From: Tubiluchus corallicola
Taxonomy: Eukaryota; Animalia; Priapulida
Direction of reading: 5' to 3'
DNA: 64,000 nucleotides
NCBI GenBank assembly: GCA_030141605.1
Contig: JAQGDQ010000180.1
Coordinates: 124,001 to 188,000 of the forward strand
A program made the position numbers and the translations under genes. Below the pieces are notes generated by a model. That model made no database searches, was not told the origin of the DNA, and saw only the letters and a program-made list of their open reading frames with translations. Positions within the stretch are counted from its first letter, which is position 1, and each line of letters begins with the position of its first letter. Of the stretch, positions 1-12,274 are shown piece after piece.

Positions 1-2829
1 TTTCGATGTCAACTTGTACCGAATGTGATAATAATAAAAACTAAACTTCAAGACAACAGCATGTGTATCATAGAAGATAAAAGACCAACGTAGTACAGTC
101 AAAATTGGTCAAAAAACTATAATTATTAATTTCTCTTCTTATGAAGGGTCGAACAAATTTATGTTATAGTTTTCTTTCTCCATATTTAGAAATTGCTAAA
201 ACACGTTAAAATTGTAATTAGGTGTTAAAATAATAGCAACCCTTAAATCGTATGTGTTTAACGCGCTGAGTCTTGCGGATAAGATACTCTGATTCTGTTT
301 AGTGCAAACCTTTTAACGTGTTTTTAGTTTAAAACGAATCTAAGAATAAGTGAGCTTTGTCACTTTCGTATACAGCACATCACAGCACAAAATGGTCAAC
401 AGCACAGCAAATTCCATTTGATGTGAGTGTCACTGCACACGGTTGGACTTAGCTACTTGAGCAGACTGTACCAACTCATGGAACGTTTGCTGGCCCTGTG
501 AAGTTAGCTCACTAACACCAAACCAATAGCTACTGGATTAGATCTACGTCATCACCATGTCAAAGTCGGGCGATGTACAGCGTCAGAAGCAAAATGGAGA
601 AAACTGAACGCGAAACCAATTTTCTGCCAACATTCAAATGGCGCCGCCGCTTGTATTCATCTCACCTAGTAGCTACAACTTTCACAAACAACAACAGCAC
701 GATAATACAAACTAAAATAAGTAATAATTTAGTTAATTTAGTTACTCTGCACACTAAACATTTGGCATTAAGCTTCTGAATGGGCTAAAACATCGTCCGC
801 CAAAGCCACAGCAAGGCAAGTCGTGTGATTTTCGACACTGCAAACAAGAGAACGTCACACAACACTGCAAATCGCACAACACAGACAATCACCGAGAGGC
901 GAAAGGCGTGGCTGTGTTAGCCGCCATGTTGTCCGAGTGACCTTTAGCGTTCCGTTGTTTCGAAAACTTGAGCGAAGCCTAGTTTCGTCTGTGACTAGAA
1001 AATAAAGGGCGTCTTGTGAGTGAAACGTATGGCGTCACTCCTGATTTTGGAAAAACAGTTTTGCTATTCTAAACATTTAACGCTCGTGATACAGGCACCT
1101 TTAGTTCACAGGTTGTTTTGTAAATTTTACACAGGAGCAAAATAAATGTAAAGCCTAGCAAATAAATATAGGCCTACTAAAGCAAATAAACTATAACATA
1201 GCGAGACAAAAAGTCTTGCATTAATGCGAGATGCCATGCTGTGTGACATTCAACTGGCAAGGGCAAATGAAGTCCTAGTCTCCTTTTGCTAAGCAAAGAC
1301 GGATGAGCTACCCCGCCCACACGTCTACGACTAGTAATAGTTTGGCACGAAGCCTAGCCTGGGTCTTCTAACGCGATCTTTATTAGTTAAACAAGTTTTT
1401 GGAGTTGCCCTAAGTCGTAAAATCCTATAAAAACATCTGTAAAAAGTGGCAGGCCTACTATTATCACCACAGATTCAACTTAAGATTTAGCTGGCGTGTA
1501 TGAATACCATTGTTGTTTTATTATCCAAGACAATGTGGTTCTCTCTTTGCATATCATCATGGGTAGTGGCGGCTCGTGTATACTTACTTTGGTACTGCAA
1601 CACACCGTTTTCACTCATTATTATCGATAATATTCAATATAATAAGTCTTTTTTCTTTAGTTCTTTTCATACTTGTGCGGAACAGGAGCACGTGAAGGTA
1701 GTACAATTTGCTTGACAGCTCCAGCTACGTGGTGTTTGGCTGTTGTGCGCACATGACTGAGAATAACCAGCTGTACGCTGGCGTCTGCTGCTAGGTAGAA
1801 AAGTACTGTGTCTTTTTACCGTAACAATTGCCACGTGTTTACCGTCATATTCTTGGATGTGAAAAAGTGTAAACTTAGCGTGTGTGCTTAAAATATACAT
1901 TACTTAATAATGGACGCCTTGCAACCCCAAGAAATAATTTTGGGACTAAAGTAACAACAGCTTAATTTTTCACAATTGTCTCTCTTCATGAGAAAGTTGC
2001 AGTTAAGAACAGAGGCCGGTCAACACTTGATCTTCAAATATAATTACAACATTAAAATTACATGTTTGTTACGTTTTACTCAGTATTAAAACAATGGTTA
2101 AAATTTTTCTGAAGTAGCACCCCCAGTAATTTTAGCTACGAACCGCCACTGACCATGGCATCATCGTGTCATTGTCTTTACCATCATTGTTGTCTTCGCT
2201 GGCATCGCAGTAGCTTTCGATGACGTACGAGATTTAAAATATGTCTACTGCCTAGCTACTGTCTGGTTCACAAACTAAGACAAGCTCTGTGATATGAGTT
2301 TTTTAATCACATTTACGATTGACACTGCAAGAGTTTTGAAAGTGACACAATCATCTTGTTCAAATAACGGTTTTATTTTGTTTTTGCCATTTTGCATCAA
2401 AACAAAACTAAATCGTTTTGCGAGAAAAGCATGGAACGGATTATGCGGACTGGTCAACATTTAGAAGCCGCGATTCATCCGTTGATTAAAATCAAGTCAA
2501 GCAGGAAGCTGAGATGGATTATTAACTTACACGAGCCGCCTATACACAGACCTGCGAACGAAAACAATTTATACAATAGCAAACACAAGTTCATCACAAA
2601 ATCGTATTTGCTTTTGCGCACCCACAACATCTGGACTGACGCTTGAAAACTAGGACACTGGTGCTGACGACAAAACATTTTTCTTGCAAGAAAAGCGGAG
2701 GGTTTACAAAAATTGTACACGTTTAAAACGGACAAGAAAACATTCACACCGTCTATTCTATGACAAGTCACAAAACGTAGTACAAGACACGCTGATGTTG
2801 TACACAAAACTACGTTACGTAACAACTCG

Positions 2830-3302
2830 TTTTCTTTGGTAGTCCTTTCAATTTTGGAAGAAAATACATCGTGTTAGCGAGATCAAACAATGACAACGTA
2901 TTTTCATGGCGATTTTCAGTCTAGCATGCAGGTAATTCCGACATCGATACATTTAATGAATCTGCCTGTTCCTCGTGGTTTTCATAATGTGAAAAAAAGA
3001 GCTTCGGGATAATGACGTCATCATGTAATCGACACAATTCGTTATGACGACATTTGTTGCTAGAAAGATGATGTTACGTTGTTCCAAGTGCTTTCTTTGG
3101 CAGACTTTTCAATATTGGAAGAAAATACTTTGGGTTAGCGAGACCAATATGTATTTTCATAGCGATTCTGAGTCTCATAAGTAATTCCGATGTTGATGGA
3201 TTTAATTAATCTGCTGTGTCGCATGGTGTCATATGTGACATAAAAAGCTTCGGGATAATGACGTCATATAATTGACACAATTCGCTATGACGAAATTTGT
3301 TG
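2830..3302. repeat. Diverged direct duplication of ~230-260 bp
   Basis: 2830-3060 matches 3091-3302 (e.g. GCTTCGGGATAATGACGTCAT occurs twice). Confidence 0.85.
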
Positions 3303-4985
3303 TTTTGCAACAGAGTAGAAAGGTAAAGAAATTACTTAAACTTTTTATAGTCGGGCTCGCGTGTATAACTGGCTCTGTCTAATCAATTTTGGCTTATGGC
3401 GCAACGCGTTATTTATCACTTAGGATAAAAGATAGCCTAAGTAACTTATGAGACTTTTATCTCAGAAAAAATGCATTCAAATAAACAGCTAACTGAGGAA
3501 AGTTGACACAAATGAAATATGCCGAACGAAATGCGAAAGTCGTGTTTACGCACAAGTAGCATCTCAAGCGGGCGCAAGTCGTTTTTGGCGTGTATTCATC
3601 CGCCGAATAAATACACTATTTACTGTAAATGGTAATTTTTTATGATTTATAATATTCTTTTAATGTTAGAATTAATATTTTTAATATATTTTTATATATT
3701 TTGTGATTTTTTATGCAAAATTCTTCAAATCTATACATTTCTGTACAATACGTACTACGCGTGTGCAAAAATACTTTAGACGGAGTACCGCAAAAACCCG
3801 CGAAACAGCGAAAATATCGCGACAAATATTCTACATAATTATTTTCGAAAATCTTGCGAAACAGCGAGTCCGCGATAAACGAATCGCGAAGTAGCGAGGG
3901 AACACCGTATATTAGTTCACGCTTGTATAGTTAAATCATACTAATAAAAAATGTTTTCTAGAAACTCATATTGCTAAAAATGTTGAGAGGTACGCGGCAA
4001 ATCGCTGACTTTTGAAAGGGGACTTGGCTAAGTAAAAGGTTAGGAACCACTGCTATACAGTAACTAGGTCCTAATCTAATCGCAATACGCATCAAAGTCG
4101 AATTACTTGAACTGCGCTACGTTACAAGTTCAAGAATTTTTTTTTTGAAAATTTTTTCCCCATGTGGTTTTGCCTGTAACGCACAACGTAAAAGTCGACT
4201 TTACATGCAATACGCGAAATCATTTTTTACTTTTTTACAGCGTCGTGCATAGTTAGAACTCTGCGTGTAAAATAAACACGTACGCACCATGTTAAACTGA
4301 ATTAATGCACATACGCATAAATTCGAATTAAGGTCAAGTCAGCTTGATGACGCAGATTTGTTAAACTACAGAATAAACAAACTTTCGTACTGCAATGTTG
4401 CTCTTTCCTAACGTGTTTTGCTCCCCGGATTCGGGTTTTTCTAGTTTTAATTACTGACAATCGTCTTCACTCGGTAACAACTGCATCTGTTCGCGAATTT
4501 CTCCTAGCAGGAACGAGGAATTTGATTTTTTCTGCAACGTGCGATGTTATTTGAAACATTAGCAGACGAAGCCAGTTCGCTACTGCCTGCCAGTTTAATT
4601 AAGTGGCTTCCGTGGGTTAAACCAACACAGACTATGCGAAATGCCTTTTTTGCTGTATCTGTTGCGAGTCAAAATCTCAAAGCGGAATTTATAATTAAAC
4701 CGCCATCATTCGTCAACATGGGGTTCCCTTCCTGAATAATTGCAAAAGTGGTGACAGCGTTTGCGCGCATGGCATGTTACGCGGGATCTCGCTGTCAAGA
4801 TTGCTCATTTTGCGCGAGTTGTCTTGTTCTCTAGTCTGACTCCATGGACACTTTTTGCACATCCTGATTCCTTGGTTAAATCGTTGAAATATAACTATTG
4901 AGTTATAACTTTTCCATAGGAACAGCGAATACGTGGAATGAGGTTTACTGCCTTTCATTTTGGGAAAATGCACATTTAATATTAA

Positions 4986-5527
4986 AGGAAAACCGGATGA
5001 TTGTGTAAACACGAGTTCAGAATAAAGAATGTTCTAAAATATTGAAAATTACAATAGCTTATTTTAAATCGAAGCTTTGGTTAAATAATAATTACCTCGG
5101 ATACTCAAATTTCGTTAAACTTTCAAAGCTACGCGCGGCTCAGTGAATCTACTAAGATTGGCAGCGGCACCTTTTTGTCACATTCGCGTGGCAGACAAAT
5201 AGAAGGCGGTACCGTGATAAGCACGATCATGAACTGCTGTGCTAGTTTCTGACGTCATATGACGTAAAGCCCATTTTTGTGACATCATGCGTTTAAACAG
5301 TACTGCAACACCTATGCAAATGTGCTTGACGCGCAAGGGAAGACGCCTGCCATTGCACAAACTGTGGTTAGTTTCTGACGTAAGCAATAGCTGTGCTCGT
5401 TAATTAACTTTCTAAGCTAATAATTCAAATATAAGGAACAATTGTTAAATTTTATAAGCAAGAAAATGTATATTTTGGACAGTAAATTAAAATGGGATTT
5501 GAGTCTAAACAATCTTCCGGTTTTCAT
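4986..5527 (+). mobile_element. TTAA-flanked (Kolobok-like) MITE; full copy at 38050-38592, partial inverted copy at ~35077-35400
   Basis: TTAA|AGGAAAACCGG...CCGGTTTTCAT|TTAA; interiors are colinear. Confidence 0.78.
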
Positions 5528-5855
5528 TTAAGCGCTTTTATAGTCTTTAACTAACTAAGCATGCACACCAGACGGCCGTGCACCTAGTAATCTTTTACTA
5601 AAACACGAGACTGATCTAGAGACGCATAGATCTCTACAAACAGGCAAAACTCTCCCATCTAAACACACACAACTTGAAATTACAATGAAATTTAAAATAA
5701 ATTTTAATGACCGTGATACATACCCTAGCTGACCAGGAACAACTGCTGGGTAACCGGCACGGATTTGTAGAGGTAAAACTGAAAAATAAAAACAAAGCGT
5801 GAACAACAAAGCGAGCTGAAAAACGTCAACTTATTTTGTGTAGCTGACAGTCTAA

Positions 5856-6020
5856 GGCCCATTTCACACTGAGGACGCGCGGCAGCATTCCCCGCGAAAA
5901 CGAAACGCATCTTGCTGCATGGGATTTCGAGAAAAATCGGTAGTTTTCAGAAAACTTTCTGATTTTCTGACAGCAATTCCGTGCGTCATTTTTCCTTGCC
6001 TCCTGAATGTGAAAACAGCC
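5856..6020 (-). mobile_element. Short PIF/Harbinger-like MITE of the same family
   Basis: Starts GGCCCATTTCACACTGAGG, flanked by TAA and TTA. The right half is the reverse complement of 23419-23520. Confidence 0.7.
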
Positions 6021-6773
6021 TTATGAACAGAACAATATATATATATATAAATATATATATATAAACAAAAACACGTGATTTAATTTTTGAGAAAAGCAGT
6101 CGTCTAGTGCTGTTACGATTACTTACTACGCGGGTTGACAAAACGAAGAAATTCATTTCTGGTTTGCAGTAGAAAAGATTAACAATTTATTGCTAACTAA
6201 TTTAGTACAACCGATTTTTTAATCATGCATGGTTTCCTATAAGTTTTCTAACATAGTTTATAACAGGTTTAGCTATTAAAGGGCATTAGTAATTTTACTT
6301 TTCAAATGTTTTTTAAAGGAACATACATAGCTAAAAATAGCGCCAATCCATTCACTTTTATGCACACAAAAAGCAACCCTTGTCCTTGATAAAAGCAAAT
6401 AATTGTCCAAAATTAATAAAAAAAAAGATTAAAATGTTCAACGTTGTTTTCACTAGCTAGGTAACACTAAAAAGTTAACAATATACTAATTTATTTCCTA
6501 TCTTGTATAAACTTATAAAATTTATAGTGCGCTCATTTTCACGTGAAAAAAACTTATCTATGCATACGTTTCACCCAAAGCTGGATCGCAAAAATCTGAT
6601 TATGATTTTAAGCAGGCTGATTCATAAATATAGCCACGTCGGATACAATGATCGTGTCCGTCCGCCCGTCAGTCCGCTGGAGCAGATCTCGAAAGGGATG
6701 TTAAGTAACCGAATTTCTCAGAGGGATCTTTCTTGACACACGGCTGAATTATTCAGTTTACAAGCTCAATAAG

Positions 6774-7273
6774 CAGTGGCGGCTGGTGTTTAGGTACTGT
6801 GAAACTGCAGCACCCCCTATTTTCACTTAATATTATATTCAATATGGTAAGTTTTTTTTTCTTTCGTTCTTTTTTTATACTTGTACGGAACCAGAGCAAG
6901 TGAAGGTAGTACTCTTTGCTTCATAGCCCAACCCAGCTCCAGCAACGCGGTGTTTGGCTGTTGTGCGCATGTGCACATGTCTGAGCCCAAGTAGAGAAAG
7001 TACTGCCTCTCTCACAGTTCGTTGTCAGTTGTCACGTGCTCACGATACGTTGTCACGGATGAAAGCTTGAATTGCGACAATCTAGGCTATTAGTAAGCAA
7101 AAATATTTTTTGTTTAGGATTTTATCAAGTTTATGTATAAACTTTCGCATGTTTGTTTGTTTAAAATTACAACGTTAAAATTACATGTTTGCTTTGTTTT
7201 ATACAGTATTAAAATAATGGCTGAAAATTTTCTGAAGCAGCACCCCCACTATATTTAGCCAAGAGCCCCACTG
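6774..7273 (+). mobile_element. hAT-type MITE with 8-bp TSD; related partial copies at ~1590-2151 (+) and ~48915-49280 (-)
   Basis: Termini CAGTGGCGG...CCCCACTG; TCAATAAG is duplicated at 6766-6773 and 7274-7281. Confidence 0.85.
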
Positions 7274-7550
7274 TCAATAAGTCAAACCTGAAGGGAAAGT
7301 AACCAAATTTGTCCAAGGGACCCTTCATGACAAATGGCTGAATTATTCAGTTTAGAAGCTTAATAAGTCAAAGCTGAAGGGCATTTCACATCGGTTTACA
7401 ATTACGTCGGCTAGGCTACAACATCTCAAAAAACAAATGATTCAAATAAATAAAACTGAGGTTTGCCCTTTCACACATGTGCATCGAGTATGACAGCTGC
7501 ATTTGCTTGATTACTGCATGGGCCACATGACATGATGACGGAGAAAGTTA

Positions 7551-8622
7551 GGCCCATTTCACACTGAGGATGCAAGGAAGCTGTCAGAAAATATTTAGGA
7601 AATTTCTGATTTTTTTCTGGAAATCCCACGCAGTAGGAAAGTCCTTTTCACAGTGAAATCGCGCATCCAGTTAGCTGTAGCTACTTTTCTAGTGTCGTAC
7701 TGTATCGTCCAGTTAGCTGTAGCTACTTTTCGAGTATCGTACTGTATCGTCCAGTTAGCTGTAACTACTTTTCTAGTGTCGTACTGTATCGTCCAGTTAG
7801 CTGTAGCTAGCTACTTTTCGAGTATCGTACTCTATCGTCCAGTTAGCTGCAGTTATTTTTCGAGTGTCGTTCTGTATCATCAAGTTAACTGTAGCTACTC
7901 TTCGAGTGTCGTACTGTATCATCAAGTTAGTTGCAGCTACTTTTCGAGTGTCGTACTGTATCGTCCAGTCAGCTGTAGCTACTTTTCGAAAATCGTACTG
8001 TATCGTCCAGTCAGCTGTAGCTACTTTGCGAGTTTTATACTGTGTAATCATGTCTAAATTAAGTTATTTTTGCTATATTTCTCATATACAAAGTACAATT
8101 AATAATGTTAGTCAATGTAATGTCAGACCTGTTTAGTTTTTAGTAAGGTTCTGCTAACAACTTCAAAAACTGAAAATATACAAATATAAAACAAATATAT
8201 GCGTGCGATATTTTTCCTTTTTCACGAATATAACCATCGATGCTGTATTAATAAAACATAAAATTGTCAGTTTGTTAAAAGAAAGATTGAATTTTATAAT
8301 TTTATGCTGAAATGTGTTGATTGTTGTTCGTTAAATAAGAACGAAGTAATTGAAGAGTTGAATTTAAGGCTGAATTCCGCGAGGATGACTCATGAAAATG
8401 GAACATGCAGCATTTCTACTATGCGGCGAAATTCCCCACGAAGAGGACGCATAGCTCTAACTGGCGGCAGAATTCTTCACGGGCAACTGCACGATGAATT
8501 TTGCTGTGCATCCTCACTGTGAAATGCGCCATAGAAAACACTGTGTACCCCTTTCGTGGGGAAAGCCACAAGGGATTTCTCCTTGAGGCATTTTGTTGTG
8601 TGTCCTCACTGTGAAATGGGCC
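7551..8622 (+). mobile_element. PIF/Harbinger-like non-autonomous element
   Basis: TIR GGCCCATTTCACA(C/G)TGAGGA at both ends, TTA TSD. Relatives at 5856-6020 and 23419-23750. Confidence 0.8.
7667..8030. repeat. ~42-bp minisatellite, about 8-9 copies
   Basis: Unit CCAGTTAGCTGTAGCTACTTTTCGAGTGTCGTACTGTATCGT, head-to-tail with no spacers. Confidence 0.93.
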
Positions 8623-9039
8623 TTAGAGGGTTATATAGGTTTTCTAACAAAGTCAAAGTTTAAGAAAAGAATGACTCGATAAATTACGCATTGTTCGTAT
8701 TGACTGCACTAGATGTGCAAATTAATTAAATTAAATTAAATTAAAATAATATCTCGAAAATAAAATGTCTGAAATGATTGGACAAACAGAATTTTTGGCG
8801 CATGCTTAAATCGCATAATTTACAAGATACTAAAACTGAAAGGCCAAAGTCGAGAAAGTAGTTTGGAAGTTTTTGTTGTCCCCAAAAATTGCAAATATGG
8901 TAAAAGTATACATTCTGATCTGATGTTGCAGAAGGATGGGTACAGCTGAAAGGGTTATGGTGTCCGTTTGGCTATGGAAGCCTAGTTGATACGCAATCTT
9001 CTTCAGTCGCTGCAAGCGTGACGCCTTACTTTTCCCTAT

Positions 9040-9088
9040 GAAAGTTAAGCAGCATTGAACCTGGTTAGTAAATGGATGGGCGAGCACT
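9040..9088 (+). other. 5S rRNA-derived segment (internal control region), probably part of a SINE or a 5S pseudogene fragment
   Basis: GAAAGTTAAGCAGCATTGAACCTGGTTAGTAAATGGATGGGCGAGCAC resembles 5S box A (AGTTAAGC) through box C (TGGATGGG). The flanks do not match 5S. Confidence 0.65.
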
Positions 9089-9550
9089 GCAAACTGCTTT
9101 GCCTTCTGCCATACTCTCGTGCTAAGGAAGGAAGTGTAGTGTGGTTATGCGAACTTGGCTAAACTCTGGCAGATTAATGTTTCAGCTTAGGAAATTACTG
9201 TATAACGACTAGCTAGATATCGGTCTTGCCACAACTATTCAAATTTGTAGAAGATTTTGGTAGATTCCGACTTACAGCGCTCTCTAAATCCAGAACTGGG
9301 TAATATTCAAGATCGACAGCTGGTCAAAGTCACGTAGCGACTTTGGAACATTTTGCAATATGGGTGAGTTCTGTCATTTCTTGAACATTAATTATATTGT
9401 GGTAGAGCATTATTAATACAACATAGTTTGAAAGTTACCCACTCCAAGCGTACAAATGATTTTGCCTTTCTCAATAAAAATATGCTTCAAAAGTTTAACT
9501 GACCTTTCATTTTGCGCTGTTAGTTACGTTAAAATAAACTTCAAAAATAT

Positions 9551-10097
9551 TAAAAACAACACAACTCTATTAAAACTTTTACATTAAAAAGTTAAAATCA
9601 TGCCAAACATTTCGACAGGCTACTGCTGTCATTATCAATGGTAAATTTATAAACATGCAACCAGCCTATTATGCACTAATTAAGTAGTTAACAGAAACCA
9701 AATAGGTAATGAATAAGCAGACTAGTAAAGAAATTGATACAGCAACTGAAGTACTAATTAAGTAGTTAAGAGAAACCTAATGGGTAATGAATAAGCAGAC
9801 CAGTAAAGAAATTGATACAGTAACTTAAGCACTAATTATGTATTTACAAAAACCAAATAGGTAATGATTAAGAAGACTGTGTCAATTTCTTTTCCTCAGG
9901 TCTGCTTAATCATTACCTATTTGGCTTCTGTTAACTACTTAATTAGATCCATAATGTTCTATGGGCTCTGCCTATATAAACTGGTTGTATGTTTGTAAAA
10001 TTTACCACTGATGATGACAACAGCAGCTAGTCGAAGCGTTTGGCATTATTTTTAACCTTTTAATGTAAAAGTTTTTAATAAAGTTGTCTTGTTTTTA
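9551..10097. mobile_element. Fold-back Penelope-like (pLTR) remnant with paired minimal hammerhead motifs (9603-9641 minus, 10005-10043 plus)
   Basis: Inverted arms of ~110 bp. Right arm: CCA-CTGATGA-T-GAC...GTC-GAAG-CGTT-TGG, with TATATAAA upstream and AATAAA downstream. An internal ~80-bp tandem unit also has an inverted copy. Confidence 0.75.
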
Positions 10098-11426
10098 ACT
10101 ATAAACGTTTTTATAAGCCTGTAATAGAAATCAACTTCAAAATTTTTAAAGGTTTGATATGTTTGAGTCACTGTCACAATAACTACCTACAACAAGCTAT
10201 GCGTATCCACAGAAAGCCAACTGTCTGGCATGGAAGCTGTATTGGTTATTCAAAGCCGAAGTCTGTATCTTCTTACGTTGAAGTCATGCTGTTAAGTTTA
10301 TACTGGCATTCGGGCAGCTCATAGTTAGAATTAATGCGCGTAGCTGTTCAAAGACTGAGACTATGTATACTGTCGTAAAGCTTTAGCATGCTTGTTATTC
10401 CGTGTGCTGGTGCAAGCATTCGTATGCAGTATGCATAATGTATTAAAGGACAAGAAAAGGGGGTACCTGAAGTATTAAAGGACAAGAAAAGGGGGTACCT
10501 GAAGTAGCATTCAGAAAAATCCCTTAAAAATTATATTGCTTTACAGAAATTTTATGCGTACATCGTAATTGTGTTGAAAGAATTTTTTGTTTGTTTTCAT
10601 TTCAAACATCCCGCAATACTGTTCCGAACGCGCCATTACATGACGTCATATAACGTATTTTTAATCTTATTGACAAGATACAGTAATTTCAAATTTCACT
10701 TAGTTAGTGACGTGTGCGCTACGCATACTCTAATTATTTTTTCAAACTTTACACAATGTTATCTCAACTTGTTTAAAATGACATCGTCAAAATGGCTGCG
10801 TCTAATGGTCAACACGCGAGTTTAAATTTACATGTTTTTACAGCATTACTGGCGACGCAAGCCCTGTGTGCAAAAGGCAGTATGTAAGTGGTATAAAATT
10901 TCAAGACCAATTTTTTATGCTTTATATAAGTGAAGGATTTTCTTGTGCTTTACAAATTTTCTGGTAAAATTTTACTGAGTTGCTTTTAGCAAAAATCAAC
11001 CTCGATTTTGTGTCAATGAGTTTAAATCAAATTTTAATCAAACAGTCTTAACAAAGAAAACGTGTGTTCGGTGTATCGTCTTGCTTGGCAAAATGGTTGA
11101 AGTTGAAAGGTTTAAATATTTCCGAATGAAAGCCGTTTCAGAAACAGTATTATTTCACGGGAGACAGAAAAGTTTATTTAATTTCTTTCGGGGTGTGCTT
11201 TAATTTATTCCAAATGCACCAAGACTATTTTGGGTGATTCACGCACGCACACACGTAACAACGCAAAGGAAAATTTCCATCTACACAAGTCCATAGCTAC
11301 AAGTACCGTTGCTTCATAGCCAGCAAGTTAAAACTTAAACAAAAACAGCAAAGCGCTTTGTCTACAGATTAGCGAATCATAGTTAAGACATGCTATTTTT
11401 CTTCTGAAATAAATTCTCTCTACAAA

Positions 11427-12131
11427 TAGGGTTGCCACTACTCCTGATTTGGCCCGGAGTCTCCTGAAATTCAGGTTAGATATCTCCTATAATCATAGAT
11501 TCGTGTTTCGGTCAGATATTTGAGAAATTCTAACATTTCCTAATTTCAACCGCCACGTTGAAATACAAGTGGGAAAAGTGGAACTATAACCTAACTTACA
11601 TGATATTGCAACTTTGCACGAGGTTAAGATAAAAACAGCAGAATTTTTTTAACTAAGATAGCTGTAAACTTGCTAAATTATGTAATCGGTTGCATGGCTT
11701 CATCATTTAACCCCTTCTATAATTTTTGTCAATTTTACTGCAGCGGGAAATGCTGCAAAGCAAGTTTATTCTTCCGCTTTAGCTTTAACTCACAGAACGT
11801 AAAGTACTTTGATCTCCAGAAACCTAAAAAAACCTGGGAAATCATTCAATGGTATTTGGACTGAGAAGGAACTCCGATAATGTACACTGCTTACACACTT
11901 TACTTTCAGACTGTTAGGGTTTTTAGAATCTAAGATCAATAAGATCAAATGCGTTACTACATTGTGGTGTAAAATTCTTGATTTTTGTTTTTGAAAAAGG
12001 CCTTACAAAACGTCTAAAATGCAACGTCAAACGTTGGTTCACGGTGTCACCCAGACTCCATAGCTTCTGGCTCTTTACTCCTGATTTCAGTTCATGATGA
12101 AGTGGCAACCCTATGATAGCTGGCAACCCTA
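11427..12131 (+). mobile_element. hAT-type MITE with 8-bp TSD and duplicated right terminus
   Basis: TAGGGTTGCCA...TGGCAACCCTA (right end present twice); TCTACAAA at 11419-11426 and 12132-12139. Confidence 0.88.
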
Positions 12132-12244
12132 TCTACAAAGCCTGTATGCACAGAACTGCCCAGTCACATTTCCCGAACAAGATGCAGTGTTAGACCTATA
12201 CCATTTACTAACCAGAAACTACACGATGGATGCAACATACTTAC

Positions 12245-12274
12245 CACTTTGATCTGCTACCTCCCCAAAGCATT
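12245..12274 (-). CDS. Candidate 30-nt microexon of RBM24 (QCFGEVADQS in phase 1)
   Basis: A ~45-nt pyrimidine-rich tract ends ttcttcttcag, followed by 30 nt and a GTG|gtaagt donor. It is open and frame-preserving in the phase left by exon 2. No homology support. Confidence 0.5.

Noticed and set aside
768-930. UG-rich minus-strand segment with a ttgtttgcag acceptor as RBM24 exon 3
   Set aside because: The phase-1 translation (SKITRLALLWLWRTMF...) lacks the Y/P/A/Q-rich character of RBM24 C-termini; more likely TE or regulatory sequence.
9040-9160. Functional 5S rRNA gene
   Set aside because: Only ~50 of ~120 nt match; terminal helix sequences are absent.
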